Below, piece after piece: positions 60,897 to 64,000 of a stretch of DNA of 64,000 nt. Origin of the DNA: Candidatus Latescibacterota bacterium. GTDB taxonomy: Bacteria > Latescibacterota > UBA2968 > UBA8231. Positions within the stretch are counted from its first letter, which is position 1, and every line of letters starts with the position of its first letter. The DNA is taken from the NCBI GenBank assembly GCA_965203175.1, contig OZ241867.1, positions 1,984,001 to 2,048,000 on the forward strand, written 5' to 3'. The translations under genes were made by a program, and so were the position numbers. The notes beneath the pieces were generated by a model that was not told the DNA's origin, did no database searches, and worked only from the letters and a program-made list of their open reading frames with translations.

Positions 60897-61163
60897 ATGA
60901 ACGCATCCGTACGCGACCTGAAGAGCAGGTTGTCGCGCTATCTTCGGCAAGTCCAGCGGGGAGAGATAGTCGTCGTAACTTTGAGAGGGAAGCCCATCGC
61001 CCGCCTCGTGCCGCTACCGTCCCTCCCAGTGGAAGAGCGGTTGGCCACCTTGCCGGGGATCAATGCCGGGATAGGGGGAAAACCGAGAGGTGCCACGCGC
61101 CCCGTGCGCGTTAAACCTGGGAAGAAAAGCGTTGCGGACATCGTGGTGGAAGAGCGACGGTGA
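60897..61163 (+). CDS. Phd/YefM-family antitoxin
   Basis: SVRDLKSRLSRYLRQV.RGE.VVVT.RGKPIARLVP. Confidence 0.9.
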   Translation: MNASVRDLKSRLSRYLRQVQRGEIVVVTLRGKPIARLVPLPSLPVEERLATLPGINAGIGGKPRGATRPVRVKPGKKSVADIVVEERR

Positions 61164-61651
61164 TCCTCTTTCTCGATACATCGGCTCTCGTCAAGCTGTA
61201 CGTTGAGGAGGCCGACTCCGAGACGGTACGCGGCTGGGTGGATGTGGCCGAGGAAGTTGCCTGCCAGTGGATCGCATACGTGGAAGCGCGATCCGCTTTG
61301 GCTGCCAAGCAGCGTTTAGGCGACCTGTCCGATGCAGAGCTGGAGGAATGCAAGAAGGAGCTGGAAGAGGATTGGGAGCGATATCACCGCGTCGCGGTTA
61401 CCCAGACTCTCCTGCGACGAGCCGGTGCTCTGAGCGAACAACTCGGCGTGCGCGCCTATGACAGTGTTCACCTTGCGGGGGCTGAGTATCTGCAATCCTC
61501 GCTAGGAGTGCCGATAACCTTTGGGTCCTTTGACCGTCGACAGGTCGATGCGGCCGCCCGGCTTGGAATGCTCATTCCGGCCCAGGGCGATGACCAGAGT
61601 GATGACCAGAGCGAAGGCAATTCTCCTTCACCAACGGCATCTGCTTCATAG
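61160..61651 (+). CDS. vapC: VapC PIN-domain toxin
   Basis: FLDTSALVKLY, YVEARSAL, RAYDSVHLA, SFDRR; GTGA overlap with antitoxin. Confidence 0.9.
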   Translation: MILFLDTSALVKLYVEEADSETVRGWVDVAEEVACQWIAYVEARSALAAKQRLGDLSDAELEECKKELEEDWERYHRVAVTQTLLRRAGALSEQLGVRAYDSVHLAGAEYLQSSLGVPITFGSFDRRQVDAAARLGMLIPAQGDDQSDDQSEGNSPSPTASAS

Positions 61652-61659
61652 CAAAGGAG

Positions 61660-62631
61660 ATGGATTTGACGGATCTAGGAACACTAGATAGCGTTGATCT
61701 TCGAGAGGTATGGCAGAATGAAGCCGCGGATTTCACACCGTGGCTGGCGGATAACTTGGACTCGCTGGGTGATGCGCTCCAGATGGAGATCGATACTGAG
61801 GATGTGGACACCGAGGTGTCAGTCGGTAAGTACTCGGCTGACATACTGTGTCGAGATTCAAGTGACAATTCACGGATTGTAATAGAGAACCAATTCGACA
61901 GTACCGATCACGACCATCTCGGCAAGTTGCTCACTTACGCGTCTGGGTTGGATTCCGATCCTCCGGTAAGCTCAGTCATCTGGATCTCAGAATCGTTCAA
62001 CGATGAACATCGTTCGACTTTGGATTGGTTGAACAGAATTTCGCATGACGAGATTCGCTTTTTCGGCGTCACGATTGAGCTTCTGAAAATCGAGGGATCC
62101 AAACCTGCCCCGCGCTTCAATATTGTCGCCAGTCCCAATGATTGGACAACAGCAGTGAGGGCATCGAGCAGTGGTGAGGTGTCCGATCTTAAACGGCAAT
62201 ATTATCAGTTTTGGACCGCTTTAATTGAGCACCTGCCAAGTTCTGCGCCTAGGCTGAAGTCACCGAACCCGCTCCCAAGATCGTATTTTAACCTCGCTAT
62301 TGGTAAGGCTGGGTTCGCGTTACAATGCAGGCTGAGTCAACAAAAAAAGCAATTACATGTTACCCTAGAAATAAAAGGGGGGAACCCTTACTACCACTTC
62401 GATCTCCTAAAGCAGCAAAAATCTGCTATTGAAGAAAAGATAGGTAGTCCACTAGAATGGCAAGGGAAGACTAAAGGTCGAGCATACAAAATTTCACTGA
62501 TCAAATCTGGCAACCCGACAGATGAATCTGATAGGGAAAATCAGATCAAATGGATGGCGCAAACGCTGAATAAGTTCGACAACACATTCCGTGATCGTGT
62601 CCAGAATCTGACTACAGAATCCTCTCAGTAA
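61660..62631 (+). CDS. DUF4268-domain protein with N-terminal PD-(D/E)XK-like nuclease
   Basis: LREVWQNEAADFTPWL, ADILC, VIENQ..TDHDHLGKLLTYA, FWTAL. Confidence 0.8.
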   Translation: MDLTDLGTLDSVDLREVWQNEAADFTPWLADNLDSLGDALQMEIDTEDVDTEVSVGKYSADILCRDSSDNSRIVIENQFDSTDHDHLGKLLTYASGLDSDPPVSSVIWISESFNDEHRSTLDWLNRISHDEIRFFGVTIELLKIEGSKPAPRFNIVASPNDWTTAVRASSSGEVSDLKRQYYQFWTALIEHLPSSAPRLKSPNPLPRSYFNLAIGKAGFALQCRLSQQKKQLHVTLEIKGGNPYYHFDLLKQQKSAIEEKIGSPLEWQGKTKGRAYKISLIKSGNPTDESDRENQIKWMAQTLNKFDNTFRDRVQNLTTESSQ

Positions 62632-62717
62632 AGCATACCTCCGCGCTTGCTGCCCCCATCTGTAAAACCATACATTAATCCGACTCCAACTAGCCCCCCA
62701 ACGAAAGGACAATTCCC

Positions 62718-63572
62718 ATGAGCGGCCTCACCTCCGACCAACTCGACTTCTATCGCACCGAAGGCTACCTCCTCGTCGAGGATGTCATCGACCCTTCTGT
62801 ATTCGACCGCCTTATTGCCGAAATCAATGCCATCGTCGATACTGCTGCCCAGGAGGCTTACGCTGCTGGTGAACTGGCCGAGCTACACGCGGACCTGCCC
62901 TTTGCCAAGCGCCTGGTCCACATACACTCCCAATTGGCCGACCCTGAACCGCTGTTGCGCCAAGTCAACGGCAAGCTCAAAACCGAGGGCATGTTCGCCA
63001 TTTTGACCCAACCGGCGCTGCTCGACATTGTCGAATCCGTGATCGGCCCTGAGATACTGGCTCATCCGCAATTCAATCTGCGCGCCAAATTGCCCAATCA
63101 AGACGCTACCGTGGTACCTTGGCATCAAGACTTGGGCTATTTACAGCCCGACGCGGAAGAGACCTTCATGGTCAATTTTTGGATTCCCTTGGTCAATGCC
63201 ACTCTTGAAAATGGCTGTATGGAGGTCATTGCTAGCAGCCATCGCGCTCCGCTCATCGGCCACGAGCACGGCTTGGGCCCTGGTGCCAATTTCAAAGGCA
63301 TCACCGATCAGTACCTGCCCCCCGGCGAGCAAGTTAGTTGTCCGGTCAAAGTCGGCGGCGTGCTGCTCATCCAGCACAAGACTATCCACCGCTCCATTCC
63401 CAACCTCTCCGATCACGTTCGCTGGAGCCTCGATCTGCGTTACAGTGACCCGGCGCAGCCCAGCGGTCGCGACGGCGTCCCCGGCTTTATTGCCCGCAGC
63501 CAAGCGCACCCCGAGTCGGTGGCCCGAAGCGTGGACGATTGGTTGGCGTTGTTCGAGACCGCTGCTCCATAA
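62718..63572 (+). CDS. PhyH-family dioxygenase
   Basis: EGYLLVEDVI, PWHQD, WIPLVNATLENGC, IHRS.PN.S...RWSLDLRY. Confidence 0.9.
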   Translation: MSGLTSDQLDFYRTEGYLLVEDVIDPSVFDRLIAEINAIVDTAAQEAYAAGELAELHADLPFAKRLVHIHSQLADPEPLLRQVNGKLKTEGMFAILTQPALLDIVESVIGPEILAHPQFNLRAKLPNQDATVVPWHQDLGYLQPDAEETFMVNFWIPLVNATLENGCMEVIASSHRAPLIGHEHGLGPGANFKGITDQYLPPGEQVSCPVKVGGVLLIQHKTIHRSIPNLSDHVRWSLDLRYSDPAQPSGRDGVPGFIARSQAHPESVARSVDDWLALFETAAP

Positions 63573-63678
63573 CTGAAACATTTACCTCTTCTCGGTACTT
63601 TTCGTGGTTCGGTACATCTAGCTCGTTGGTTAGTGTCAGGAGACCGCATATTCCCCAAACACTTTTTCGGAGATTACC

Positions 63679-64000
63679 ATGCTCTACGATCTGATCCTCA
63701 AAGGCGGCACCCTAGTTGATCCAGCCCAGAAGTTGCACGCAGTGCAGGACGTAGCTTTTGCCGATGGCAAAGTCGCTGCGGTCGGGGCCGACCTGTCCGC
63801 GGACCAAGCGCGCCAAACGCTCGATGTCGCGGGCTATGTAGTGGCCCCTGGCCTCATCGACTTGCACGTCCATGTGTATTGGGGGGTCAGCCACTTCGGC
63901 GTCGAGCCTGATCCCACCTGTATAGCCCGAGGCGTCACCACCGTAGTCGATGCTGGTTCGGCTGGTGCCGATACCTTCCCCGGCTTCCGCAAATTCATCA
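63679..64000 (+). CDS. Amidohydrolase/dihydroorotase-like metallohydrolase, truncated by window end
   Basis: MLYDLILKGGTLVDP...APGLIDLHVH...GVTTVVDAGSAG. Confidence 0.85.
   Translation, partial: MLYDLILKGGTLVDPAQKLHAVQDVAFADGKVAAVGADLSADQARQTLDVAGYVVAPGLIDLHVHVYWGVSHFGVEPDPTCIARGVTTVVDAGSAGADTFPGFRKFI

Overview
GC-rich bacterial chromosomal window. The five PhyH-family dioxygenases, amidohydrolases, a DUF5916 protein and a beta-propeller hydrolase suggest a Latescibacterota/Poribacteria-like organism (inference only). From left to right: (1) a minus-strand envelope/export block with a MacA-like adaptor, ABC ATPase, four FtsX/MacB permeases, two tandem TlpA-like thioredoxins and an outer-membrane protein, behind a sigma54-type promoter. 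(2) An AT-richer accessory strip (15.7-23.6 kb): BrnT, a BrnA-like/nuclease fusion ORF, an OLD-like ATPase-TOPRIM protein, GNATs and a MazG-like enzyme, with degenerate attC-like palindromes between some genes and an IS5/IS903-group element at the end. (3) Housekeeping and metabolic genes: csp, RRM, an ABC exporter pair, a CPA2-RCK antiporter, tRNA-Glu(CTC) and glcB. (4) A DIP1984-like coiled-coil gene followed directly by about 340 nt of highly structured non-coding sequence, a candidate ncRNA. (5) A defence island abutting the 3' end of aspS: type I RM with an embedded ATPase+HNH pair, an HsdR with a LexA-like S24 tail, Abi_C, a duplicated aspS 3' end and an hsdR relic. (6) aspS preceded by two tandem ribosome-dependent attenuators with Asn-rich leader peptides. 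(7) vapBC, DUF4268, PhyH and an amidohydrolase. The most notable observations are the tandem Asn-leader attenuators and the DIP1984-like gene/structured RNA module. All family calls come from reading motifs by eye; no database search was run.
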